A DNA stretch of 64,000 nt from Oligoflexales bacterium (GTDB lineage Bacteria; Bdellovibrionota_B; Oligoflexia; Oligoflexales; Bog-1112). The stretch spans positions 28,460 to 92,459 of the forward strand of contig JBGCEP010000014.1 in assembly GCA_045106415.1 (NCBI GenBank), written 5' to 3'. Within the stretch, counting starts at the first letter, position 1. Every line of letters begins with the position of its first letter. The notes beneath the pieces are model-generated. The model did no database searches. It saw nothing but the letters and a program-made list of their open reading frames with translations, and was not told where the DNA came from. Shown here in pieces: positions 29,290 to 39,300 of this stretch. The position numbers and the translations under genes were made by a program.

Positions 29290-30852
29290 ATGCGTAGAAT
29301 TATTTCCAGTGAAATTAAGGTTTTACTTGTGTCTAGGTGCGATCACTTGATTCAACGGGTAATAGAAGCATCTTCAGATGTTCCTTTAAGTGTTGAGGTG
29401 AGTGTGTGCCCCCTATCTGCGAGACAGTGTGTTGAGGGCCAGGAAAAATCTTTTGATGTTTTGATTTATGACATGGCTTCTTTTGCTCATCGAAATTTAG
29501 AAGATTTCTCAAACTTTGTGCGAAGTGTAAATTTACCTGTTGTGGCAGTGAGTGATGAGCATAGCGATGATATTGGAATTCAAGCAATTTTAGCTGGAGC
29601 TCAAGATTTTATTCGACCGAAAGAACTAGACTCTACAAATATTGCGTTGAAGGCTCACTTTACTGTTGCTCGTTATAAAATGCAGCGAGAAGTTGTGGCA
29701 TCTAAAAATGAAGTTGAATATCAATTACGAACAAAATCAAAATTTTTAGCGCACTTAAGTCATGAGATTAGAGGAACATTGTCGGCGATTGTTGGGGTTT
29801 CAGGCCTTTTAAATGAAAGTGATATTAAATCAACTTATGCTGAAGAGTTGGATGTTTTATCCTATGGTAGTCAGAAGCTTCTTTCGACAGTAAATGATAT
29901 TTTAGATGTGTCGAAATTTGAAAATGGTATCAATCCTATTGCTCCAGGTCATGTGTTGTTATCGAGCATTTTTGATAGTGTAATGAAAGTTTTTAGCTTT
30001 GAAGCACGAAAAAGATGTTTAATTTTATCATCTTCTATTGCAGAAGGTGTTCAAGAGAACTTAGTGACAGATGGCAAAAGGCTGCAGCAAATATTATTTA
30101 ATCTTGTTAATAATGCTGTGAAATACACAGAAAGTGGCAATATACATATTCAAGCAGAGTCGTGTTCTGAAAATTCACAACATATTCGTTTTTCAGTTCG
30201 AGATACAGGTCGAGGATTGTCTGAAGATTTTATTCCTGTGATGTTTAATGATTATAGCCAAGAGCAAGAAAGAGATAACCGTATCGGGACTGGTTTGGGT
30301 TTAGGAATTTGTCGAGATTTCTCAGCTCTTCTAGGTGGTGAAATAGGTGCTTTTAATAATACTTCAGAAAAAGGGTGTACGTTTTGGTTTACTATCAAAC
30401 ACCATTTGAAAGATTCAGCAGAGGAAGTGTCTCAGCCTTCTTTTTCTCATGTTTTGTGCGAGAAAACAAAGCAAAAGCATAAGCCGCAGGTTGTTGTGGT
30501 GGATGACGATTTTTTATGTCAAAGAGTCCTTTCTATGCAATTGAAGTCTCTTGGGTGTGAAGTAGCAACTTTTTCTTCTGGGACAGAAGTTCTTTCAGCA
30601 TTAAATGATCAAGAGCTTTTTTTTGAAGCTATTTTTGTTGATTGTACATTAGGTGATATGACAGGCGTTGAACTCACGAAAGAGTTAAGGTTTCGTGAGC
30701 TAGATTGTCCAATTGTAGGAGTTTCAGGTGATGTGTCTGAAGAAAATCAAATGGATTGTTTAGGGAGAGGGATGAGTGCTTTTCTTCCTAAGCCTCTTGA
30801 AAAAAAGGAAGTGTCTTCTGTGCTTCAATCTCTTTTGTATGAAAATAAATAA
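29290..30852 (+). CDS. Cytoplasmic hybrid histidine kinase (REC-HisKA-HATPase-REC)
   Basis: FLAHLSHEIR, QILFNLVNNAVKYT, DTGRG and GTGLGL. The C-terminal REC reads VVDDD...FVD...LPKP. Confidence 0.88.
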   Translation: MRRIISSEIKVLLVSRCDHLIQRVIEASSDVPLSVEVSVCPLSARQCVEGQEKSFDVLIYDMASFAHRNLEDFSNFVRSVNLPVVAVSDEHSDDIGIQAILAGAQDFIRPKELDSTNIALKAHFTVARYKMQREVVASKNEVEYQLRTKSKFLAHLSHEIRGTLSAIVGVSGLLNESDIKSTYAEELDVLSYGSQKLLSTVNDILDVSKFENGINPIAPGHVLLSSIFDSVMKVFSFEARKRCLILSSSIAEGVQENLVTDGKRLQQILFNLVNNAVKYTESGNIHIQAESCSENSQHIRFSVRDTGRGLSEDFIPVMFNDYSQEQERDNRIGTGLGLGICRDFSALLGGEIGAFNNTSEKGCTFWFTIKHHLKDSAEEVSQPSFSHVLCEKTKQKHKPQVVVVDDDFLCQRVLSMQLKSLGCEVATFSSGTEVLSALNDQELFFEAIFVDCTLGDMTGVELTKELRFRELDCPIVGVSGDVSEENQMDCLGRGMSAFLPKPLEKKEVSSVLQSLLYENK

Positions 30853-30866
30853 GATTTAGATAAAAT

Positions 30867-32957
30867 TTAAGCTGCTCGATAATTATTCTCCAAGTATTTT
30901 TGTAAAGCGTCTTCTATATTTCTACGTGTAACAGGTTTTGTTAGGTAATCATTCATACCTGCGCTGAGGCATTTTGTTTGATCATCTTTAAGTGTGTTTG
31001 CTGTGAGAGCAATAATAAAAGGTTGGTTTTTAAGAGGCATAGAGCGGATTTTTTGAGTAGCTTTAAAACCATCCAAAACAGGCATTTGACAATCCATAAA
31101 GATGACGTCGTATTGATTTTGAAGAAGCATGATGCATGCTTCTTCACCGTTTCTTGCTTTATCAGGTTTGATTTTTAAATTTGATAGAAACTTTTCTGTA
31201 ATAGTCATGTTCATTTCATTGTCTTCTACGATCAGTGAGCGAATATTTTTAAGGTTGGAAAGTTGAAGCGGTTTATTCTTTTTTTCTATGATCTCAACAC
31301 CTTTTTGGTAAGGAATAGAAACAGAAAAACGAGTCCCTTTATTAGGAGTACTATGGCATTGAATTTTCCCGCCGAGAAGTTGAGTTGTTTTAGAGCAAAT
31401 CGCAAGCCCTAGCCCTGATCCGCCAAATTTTCTTGTGGTCGATGCGTCGGCTTGTGAAAACTCTTCAAATAATGATGTGTAATCCTTATGATCAAAACCA
31501 ATTCCAGTGTCTTCTACATTAAACAGAAGGTGATCTTGTGCTTGGTCAATACGAACAGAAATAGAAACAGAACCGTATTCGGTAAATTTAATTGCATTGC
31601 TAATGAGGTTTGTGAGAATACGCTGTGTTTTTTCAGGATCTCCGGTCACCCATCGTGGAAAAGAATCATCGATGTTAAGTTGAAAATCAAGTGATTTTTT
31701 TTGTGATTGAGGTTTAAAAATATCATAGATATTTTGCATAAAAAGATGTGAGTCATAGTTGCGATATTTTAAATTAACCTTGTTGTCATCTAGTTTTGAT
31801 ATATCTAAAATATCATTTAAAAGAGACATCATTGTCTCCCCAGATTTTTGGATAATATTGAGCCATTGCTGTTGATCTTCTTTGTAGTGATAGTTTTTTA
31901 AAATTTCAGCAGATGCAAGAATACCGTTCATAGGTGTTCGGATTTCATGGCTCATATTTGCTAAGAATTGATTTTTTGCTTGAGAAGCCTGAAGTGCTTT
32001 TGCATTTGCTTCATATATTTTTTGCTCTGCTTCTTTTCGATCATTAATATCTTGAACAGTACCCCTTAAAAAAATTTCCCCTTTTGAATCTATGTATTGT
32101 TCACCTGTTAGGCGGATATGTGATTTTCTACGTTTCACTGTAAATATATCAACTTCAATGTCCCATTTTTTATTATGATATATAGCCTCTTCCGCTAATC
32201 TAACTATAAGATCTTGTGTGCTTTTATCGTAGAATTGAATAGCCTCTTCAGGAGACATCTCCTTTCCAAAGGGAACTCCGTAAATAGAATAAATCTCATG
32301 GCTCCACCATAAATAATTCGTTTCTACGTGTATGGTCCAGCCACCAATTTTAGCAATTTTATTTGTTTGTTGAAGAACATCAAGTGCTTGTTGTGTCTCT
32401 TGTATTTGGCCTTGTAGATGGTGCTGGGATTTTCGCAAGGCATTGATGTGTTCAGAGTGAGATGTTTTATTAAGGCAATTAATTGCTGATAAGATAAGAT
32501 AAATCAGAAAATAAGACTCGATAAGGCCTTGCGGCATACTATGTATTACAGGCGATTGAAAATGAAGAGTTATGAGGCTGATAAAGAGCAAACCTGAGAA
32601 TGTACAACTTGTTTTTTTATCGATAATAAGAAAGCAAAGAGAAGGGAAGAGTAAAGCTACGATCCCTGAAGGTGACAATAATGTTTTGTAGTAGTAAAGA
32701 CTTATAATAATAGAACTGTACGCTATTAGAAGAAATATAAAAGTTGGAGTATCGCGAGGGTTTTTTTTGAAAAAAAGAGAGCATGCGCTTGAGGCACAAA
32801 AAAGTGATGTGCTAAGGGCTGCTGAAAAGTAGAGATGTTTATATAAAAAATATAATGAAAATAATCCCATTGAACACGTGATGCTCATGAGTCCATATAT
32901 AAATAAAGAAAGTCTTTGGTGTGTATGGCTTTCTTGATATGTTTTTTTGATAGTCAT
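30867..32957 (-). CDS. Membrane hybrid histidine kinase (TM-PAS-HisKA-HATPase-REC)
   Basis: About 5 TM helices, PAS (AKIGGW...WSHEIY), FLANMSHEIRTPMNG, NLISNAIKFT, GGSGLGL and REC FMDCQMP. Confidence 0.9.
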   Translation of the reverse strand: MTIKKTYQESHTHQRLSLFIYGLMSITCSMGLFSLYFLYKHLYFSAALSTSLFCASSACSLFFKKNPRDTPTFIFLLIAYSSIIISLYYYKTLLSPSGIVALLFPSLCFLIIDKKTSCTFSGLLFISLITLHFQSPVIHSMPQGLIESYFLIYLILSAINCLNKTSHSEHINALRKSQHHLQGQIQETQQALDVLQQTNKIAKIGGWTIHVETNYLWWSHEIYSIYGVPFGKEMSPEEAIQFYDKSTQDLIVRLAEEAIYHNKKWDIEVDIFTVKRRKSHIRLTGEQYIDSKGEIFLRGTVQDINDRKEAEQKIYEANAKALQASQAKNQFLANMSHEIRTPMNGILASAEILKNYHYKEDQQQWLNIIQKSGETMMSLLNDILDISKLDDNKVNLKYRNYDSHLFMQNIYDIFKPQSQKKSLDFQLNIDDSFPRWVTGDPEKTQRILTNLISNAIKFTEYGSVSISVRIDQAQDHLLFNVEDTGIGFDHKDYTSLFEEFSQADASTTRKFGGSGLGLAICSKTTQLLGGKIQCHSTPNKGTRFSVSIPYQKGVEIIEKKNKPLQLSNLKNIRSLIVEDNEMNMTITEKFLSNLKIKPDKARNGEEACIMLLQNQYDVIFMDCQMPVLDGFKATQKIRSMPLKNQPFIIALTANTLKDDQTKCLSAGMNDYLTKPVTRRNIEDALQKYLENNYRAA

Positions 32958-32986
32958 CGTTCCTCTAATGTTAGGTCTTTTAAGTC

Positions 32987-33013
32987 TTATCGGTATGATT
33001 TTCTATGAATTGA
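32987..33013 (-). promoter_or_regulatory. Sigma28/FliA-like promoter
   Basis: Minus strand TCAA-N15-ACCGATAA, ~30 nt upstream of the kinase start. Confidence 0.62.
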
Positions 33014-33270
33014 TTTTGCTATGAAGTTACTCACTAGAAATTAGAAGGTTTTTTTGTGAAAGCGCTTTGTTATAGCAATTCCATAAAATAACTGGATTTT
33101 TTAAAGAGAGCCTTGAACGATAAAGTTTTGTGTTCTTTTATTTAAGCGCATGTTCTTTTTCTTTAAGGTTATAGTGCTTTGAATGGTAGTTTTGCCTTCT
33201 TTCGGTCTGCGTCTATGTCGCTTTAAGTCTCTGTTTACAAAGTAATTAAAAAGTATTTTTGTTTTTTTGT

Positions 33271-33297
33271 TCATGAAATCGAATCTGTGACCGAAGT
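33271..33297 (+). promoter_or_regulatory. Weaker sigma28-like promoter upstream of the giant lipoprotein
   Basis: TCAT-N15-ACCGAAGT. Confidence 0.35.
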
Positions 33298-33339
33298 ATG
33301 AATACATTGAAAACTCCAGGAGATGGAGTAGGGGAAATT

Positions 33340-36300
33340 ATGATGAGAACGATTCTTTGTAAATCTTGTATTGTGATGTCTTTTATAATAATGACTGGTT
33401 GTGATCTGTCTACGGCTCCTTTAGCAAGTCAGGACGAAAGAGCTGCTTCTGTTGCTTCGTTGGGTGAAGAAGATATCGGTGAGACGACGGTGACGGAAGA
33501 TCAAGCTGATTCTCAAAGTTTATCCTCACAATCCTTAGCTATTACATCAACGATGTCACAAGAGTTAGCTACAGATCTTTTGGCTGCTGGCTTTAGCGAA
33601 GAAGAATCTCAAATCGTGATTAATAAAGCAACTGATTCAGCGACTGTTTCAGCGAATAGCCTCGCTGTGTTTAGCCTGACAACAAGTTCCCCTGTTTTAA
33701 ATGAAATAGCCCCAGCTTTTATTAAAGGAGCTATGGAAGGTTTAAGCCTTGCAGGGAATGGTTTGAGTTCTTCATCAGAAAAGGCAAATGCGACAGAGCT
33801 TGTGATGACTTCGTCTATGAGATCTTTAAAAAGTCATACGCAGGGTTGGCCTTCAAATGACCGAGATGTGGTTGAAAATAACGTGATGGAATCAGGCATT
33901 GAAAATATTCAGCTGAGTGGCATTGAAGAATCAAACTATAAAGATGCTGTTTTCGCAGTTGTAAAAGGCTCGGTGAGTGCGCTTGAAACATCTGGAGTTC
34001 CTCATGGTGAGCTTGTATCCACGACGCAAAGATTTGTTGAAAAATCAACAGCTATCCTCAAGTCGGCTCCTGTTGCTATTCGGGTAGCGTCTATGGCTCA
34101 GGTATCAAAAGGAAGTGTTGTCGGTGTTGGATCTTTATCTCTCAAAGATGAAGAACGTGAGGTTCTTCCCTCTCAAGTTGCTGTTGTCGTAACAGGTGCA
34201 ACACATGATTTATCGCTAACGGACGATGATTTTTCTTCTGCTGTCTCAGATATTAGTTATCAAACAGGTGTGGGTATTAAAGAAGTTGGATTGCAGGACC
34301 AAGCGACACAAGTGAAAGCTGTTGAAGGCTTGGCAGCAGGTATTTCATCAAAGATTGTTGAGATTTCTTTGTTGGGAAACTCTTCACAAGAATTCTTAGA
34401 AAAATCTGTCCCAAGTGTTAGCGCTGGTGTTATCCAATCGATGGATAGCGGTTTGATGACAGGAGAAAATGTTGTTTCTTCAGGTGTCTCAGGTAAGGTG
34501 ATTGCAAAAACCTTAGCCACACTTGAAAAAGCAACTCTTGATTCAGATAAAAAAATTACTTTAGCTGGAGAAGTTGCTTCGAAAGCTGTAATTGCAGCAG
34601 GTGTCGCAAAAATTGATGACAATCTTCAGTCAAGTGTGATTGCAGATATCGTCAAAGGAAGCACTTCTAGTTTGGAGTCTTCTGGTCTTAAAGCAGATAG
34701 CGATCTTCAGTCAGCTGTAGGTTTGATTGCATCTAAAGCAGTCGAAGCGATGTCTTCAACTGGTGTTCCAAAAGACGCTTACGGTTCTGCAACGGGAAAA
34801 ATTGTTTCTTCTGCGCTTTCTGGTATGTCCAAGAAAGCGGATGTTGGGTCGTCGATTCAAAGAGTCACAGAAAAGTCATTGCAAGCTTTATCAGATCATC
34901 AGAAGGCAGGTGTGATCACATCCGCTGTATTGGCCGATGGTGCAAAAGAAGCAACATCAAGTGTGATACAAGAAGTCAAAACTATGCAAAATAATGGTGA
35001 TGTTGAATCTAAAGAAACTGAAAAGCTCGCTGTCATGGCAGCAGATGGTGTTGTCAGTGGTCTTGCTATTGGTGGGATGTCTAGTGCAGAAACAGCCTCT
35101 GTCAGAGATCAAGTTGTTGATCAAATGGGTGGTGATCTTGCAAATATAGGGGTGGAAGCAAGTAAAGTTGCTTCTATTAAAGTTTCTGCAAATGATAAAA
35201 CGAATGATGCTGTTGAAGTCGCGCAAGTTCTTACAGATAACACAGCTCCTTCTTGTTCTTTGTTTGAAAAATCTGTTTCTGATGATGACTTTAAATCTCG
35301 AGTTGATGGCCAAAAAAGAAGTCAGATTTTTTGTACTGCTGTTGTTTGCCCATCAAATCGAAAAATTGAAGGTTATCAATTAAGTTGGAGCGTTTTTTCG
35401 ATAGAAAAATCTTTATGTAAAATGACGAAAGAAATTTTGGAAAGCGATGTTATCGCTCTTACAGGTGGGGGTATTAATCTTTCAAATATATCTGCAAGTG
35501 ATGTTTCTTTTCAGGTGGACGCAGGTAATTTGACGGAAGTTCGTTATAAACTAGTCACTGATCAAGATTCTTGTCTGTCTCGAAGTCTTTATTCAGACTG
35601 GGAGGTTGTTAAAAATACAGGTTATACTTTAACGCAGACCTTAGTGCCTGACGCGGAATACTTTTTATGTGTAGATGGGAAAAGAAATTTTCAACTTTTA
35701 TCTGATTCTCAAATCAATTCATTAGCTGTCACTTATGCTGTGCCGCCAAGCCCACCGACCCCTGGAGCGAATCCAATTGTTATTGTTGAAGGTGCTTATA
35801 CTAAGGAAAATTCTGTGACTTTCACGCTTTCAGCAACTGAAGCAGATGAAATGATGTTGGCAACGGATGGTTCGTGCTCTTCTGGAACGTGGGAAGCGTA
35901 CACTGAAACTGCAAATAGACCTATTTCTATTCAAAATAATACAAACTCTTTTTCTGTTAAGTATAAAAATTTAGCAGGGGAAACTAGTTGCTCGCCGGTA
36001 GCTTCAATTATTCATGATAATCAAAAACCTGTTTTCACAACAGCAGCTTCTGTGACAGGGCAAACTTCGGTCTCTGTCCCTCTTCTTTGGTCTGTTTCTG
36101 ATGCGACATCAGGTATTATGGAATATCAGGTTTCTATAGGGAGTTTGTCAGGTCATGATGATGTCGTGGCTTGGAATGTTGTACCTGGGCCAGCGAGTTA
36201 TACTTTTAACTCTTTGAGTTTAGTTGTGGGTACATATTATGCAAATGTAAAAGTAAAAGATAATGCTGGAAACGACGAAGTGTCTTCAGTTGTGTTTACT

Positions 36301-39300
36301 TTATCTGGTCCAACAGCACCGACTATTTCAATTAATTCAGATGCAACATATACAAAAAATGATCCTGTTGTTCTTACCCTGGGGGCCACTGGAGCATCTG
36401 AGATGTATATCACAAATTCAGGAAGTTGCAGTGATGGTGGATCTTGGGAATCATATGTTACTTCAAAATCAGGGTGGGCCCTTGGTCAAACAAATGCAAC
36501 AACTACAGTTTATGTAAAGTATAAAAATGCTCAAGGTTTTGAAAGCACCTGTGTCGACGACTCTATTATTCATGACAGCACTGTTCCAGAAAGTCCATCG
36601 ATTGATATTGCAGGAGGAGCTTCTACAAATGACTCCACTCCAGATTTAGCTTTGAGTGCAACGGGTGCATCTGAAATGTATATTACGAATACATTAAGTT
36701 GCAATGGTGGTGGTAGCTGGGAAGCATATACAGCGTCAAAGTCTGGGTGGCCTCTTGGTCAAACAAATGCAACAGCAGTCGTTTATGTGAAATTTCAAGA
36801 TGCGGCAGGAAACATTGGTCCTTGTATCAGTGACTCCATTATTCACGATAACTCAGGGCCTTCAAATACTTCTATTGCTGTTGCAGGTGGAGCTTATACG
36901 AATGACTCGACTCCAGATTTAACTCTTGGTGCAACGGGTGCATCTGAAATGTACATTACGAATACCAGTGGTTGTAGCGCTGATGGATCTTGGGAAGCGT
37001 ATGAAACTTCAAAATCAGGATGGGCTCTTGGTCAAACTAATGCTGTAGCAACAGTATATGTAAAATATCGTGACGATACAGGTAATGAAAGCAGCTGTAT
37101 AAATGGCTCAGTTACGCATGACTCTATTGCTCCAGCGGGTGAATATATTACGATCGATGGCGAAACTTATACGAATGATTCCACTCCAGATTTAGCGTTA
37201 GTAGCTGCAGGTGCATCAGAGATGTACATTACGAATACGAGTGGTTGTACCTCTGGTGGGTCTTGGGAGGCGTATGCAGTCTTAAGGTCTGGGTGGCCTC
37301 TTAGCCAAACGAATGCTTTAGCAACAGTTTATGTGAAGTTTAAAGATGTTGCAGGTAATGAAACACCGTGTGTTAATGACACAATTACTCATGATTCTGT
37401 AGCGCCAACATCTGTCTCTCTTGTGATTGATGGTGGAGAAAATATTTCGATATCCACACCTAATTTGACGTTAGCTGCAACAGGTGCATCCGAAATGTAT
37501 ATTACGAATGCCTCAGGCTGTAGTGCTAATGGTTCTTGGGAGTCGTATGCAACTTCAAAATCTAGTTGGGCTTTAGGGCAAAGTAATGCTTTAGCGACAG
37601 TTTACGTGAAGTTTAAAGATGAGGCAGGAAATGAAAGCTCTTGTGAAAGCGATACTGTGACCCACGACACAGGCGTGCCGACAGGAGCGTCTTTGACGAT
37701 CGAGGGTGGCTCTCATACGAAAGATTCAACAGTTAACCTAACTCTGGCTGTTGTTGATGCAACGCAGATGTACGTAACAAACACCGTAGGCTGTAGTGCT
37801 GATGGTTCTTGGGAATCATATGTCACTTCAAAATCTGGTTGGGCTTTAGGGCAAAATAACGCTTTAGCAACAGTTTACGTAAAATTTAAAGATGAGGCTG
37901 GAAACGAGACAGCTTGTGTTAATGACACAATTACTCATGATTCGGTGGCGCCAACATCTCCATCACTTGTGATCGAAGGAGGAAATCTTTATACGCCTCT
38001 TTCCACTCAGACTTTATCATTGAGTGCTGTGGATGCGAGTGAAATGTATGTCACAAACAGTTCTGGATGTTTTTCTGGTGGAACGTGGGAATCATATGCC
38101 GTTTCAAAATCAAACTGGGGACTAGGAGTGACAAATGCTCTTGCCTCTGTTTATGTCATGTACAAAGATGAGGCGGGTAACGAAACACCTTGTGTGAGTG
38201 ACTCAATTACTCATGATGATGCAGGGCCAACTGGGGGTACACTGACTATTGCAGAGGGCACGCATACAAACCAATCAAACATTCAATTGAATTTATTTGC
38301 AAATAATGCGACTCAAATGAAGCTTTCGGAAAACGCAAACTGTTCAGGTGGAACGTGGGAATCTTATGCAGGTGCCAAAGCGAAAGTCATTGCTAACTCA
38401 GAAATGAATTATCATTTCTCTGTGAAGTTCCGAGATGACGCAGAAAATGAGAGCAGTTGCAGTACAGCCTCTATTGCAAGAGATAATACTCCTCCATCTA
38501 TCTCAAGCTTTGTGATCAATAGTGACGAATATACGAACAATGTCGGGGTCTATATCAACCTGACGCATACAGGGTCTCCGACAGAAGCTTATGTGACAAC
38601 GGACGGATCTTGCGCAACCAATGGGGTATGGCAAGATATTACAGCCCCAGTAAATGCTACCTTACCTGGAGGGGATGGAGCGCATACATTGTACGTTAAA
38701 ATCAAAGATGCGGCGGGAAATGAATCCTCATGCTTATCCGATATGATAACTTTAGATCAAACATCTCCAGGATTGCCGAGTGCCAACGTAAGTTTAACGC
38801 AATATATCGGAGAAGTTCGTTTTACAGGGTTTAGCGCGGCTGATACTTCAGGGATTAAAAAATATCAAGCTTCTCTTGGAACGACGGCAGGAGGGTCCGA
38901 AGTTAAGATGTGGACAGATATTCTTTCTCCGGATACGTTTTTGGATTGGGTAGAAGGGCCGGATTTTGCTGGAGATCTTACAGCCGGAGTGACTTATTAT
39001 TTCAACCTAAAAGCAGTGGATTATGCAGATAATGTGAGTGCGATGTTCACTCATGGTTTTATAGCACATGATGATGTTTCTGAGATTCATTCAGGCGTAA
39101 ATGTGAACTGTGCAGTTTCAGGTAACAAAGTGAAGTGTTGGGGGCTGAATAATTACGGTCAATTAGGCATTGAGAATACTAATAACATTGGAGATGGCCT
39201 AGGTGAAATGGGTGTTAATCTTTCTGCTATTGATGTGGGAGCAGGTCGTACTGTTGAGAAAATGTCCATGACATCCTCTCATTCATGTGCTGTTCTTGAT

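Noticed and set aside
33101..33307. 68-aa basic ORF in the divergent promoter region
   Set aside because: AT-rich intergenic sequence with no clear RBS. It overlaps the predicted promoter of the giant lipoprotein.
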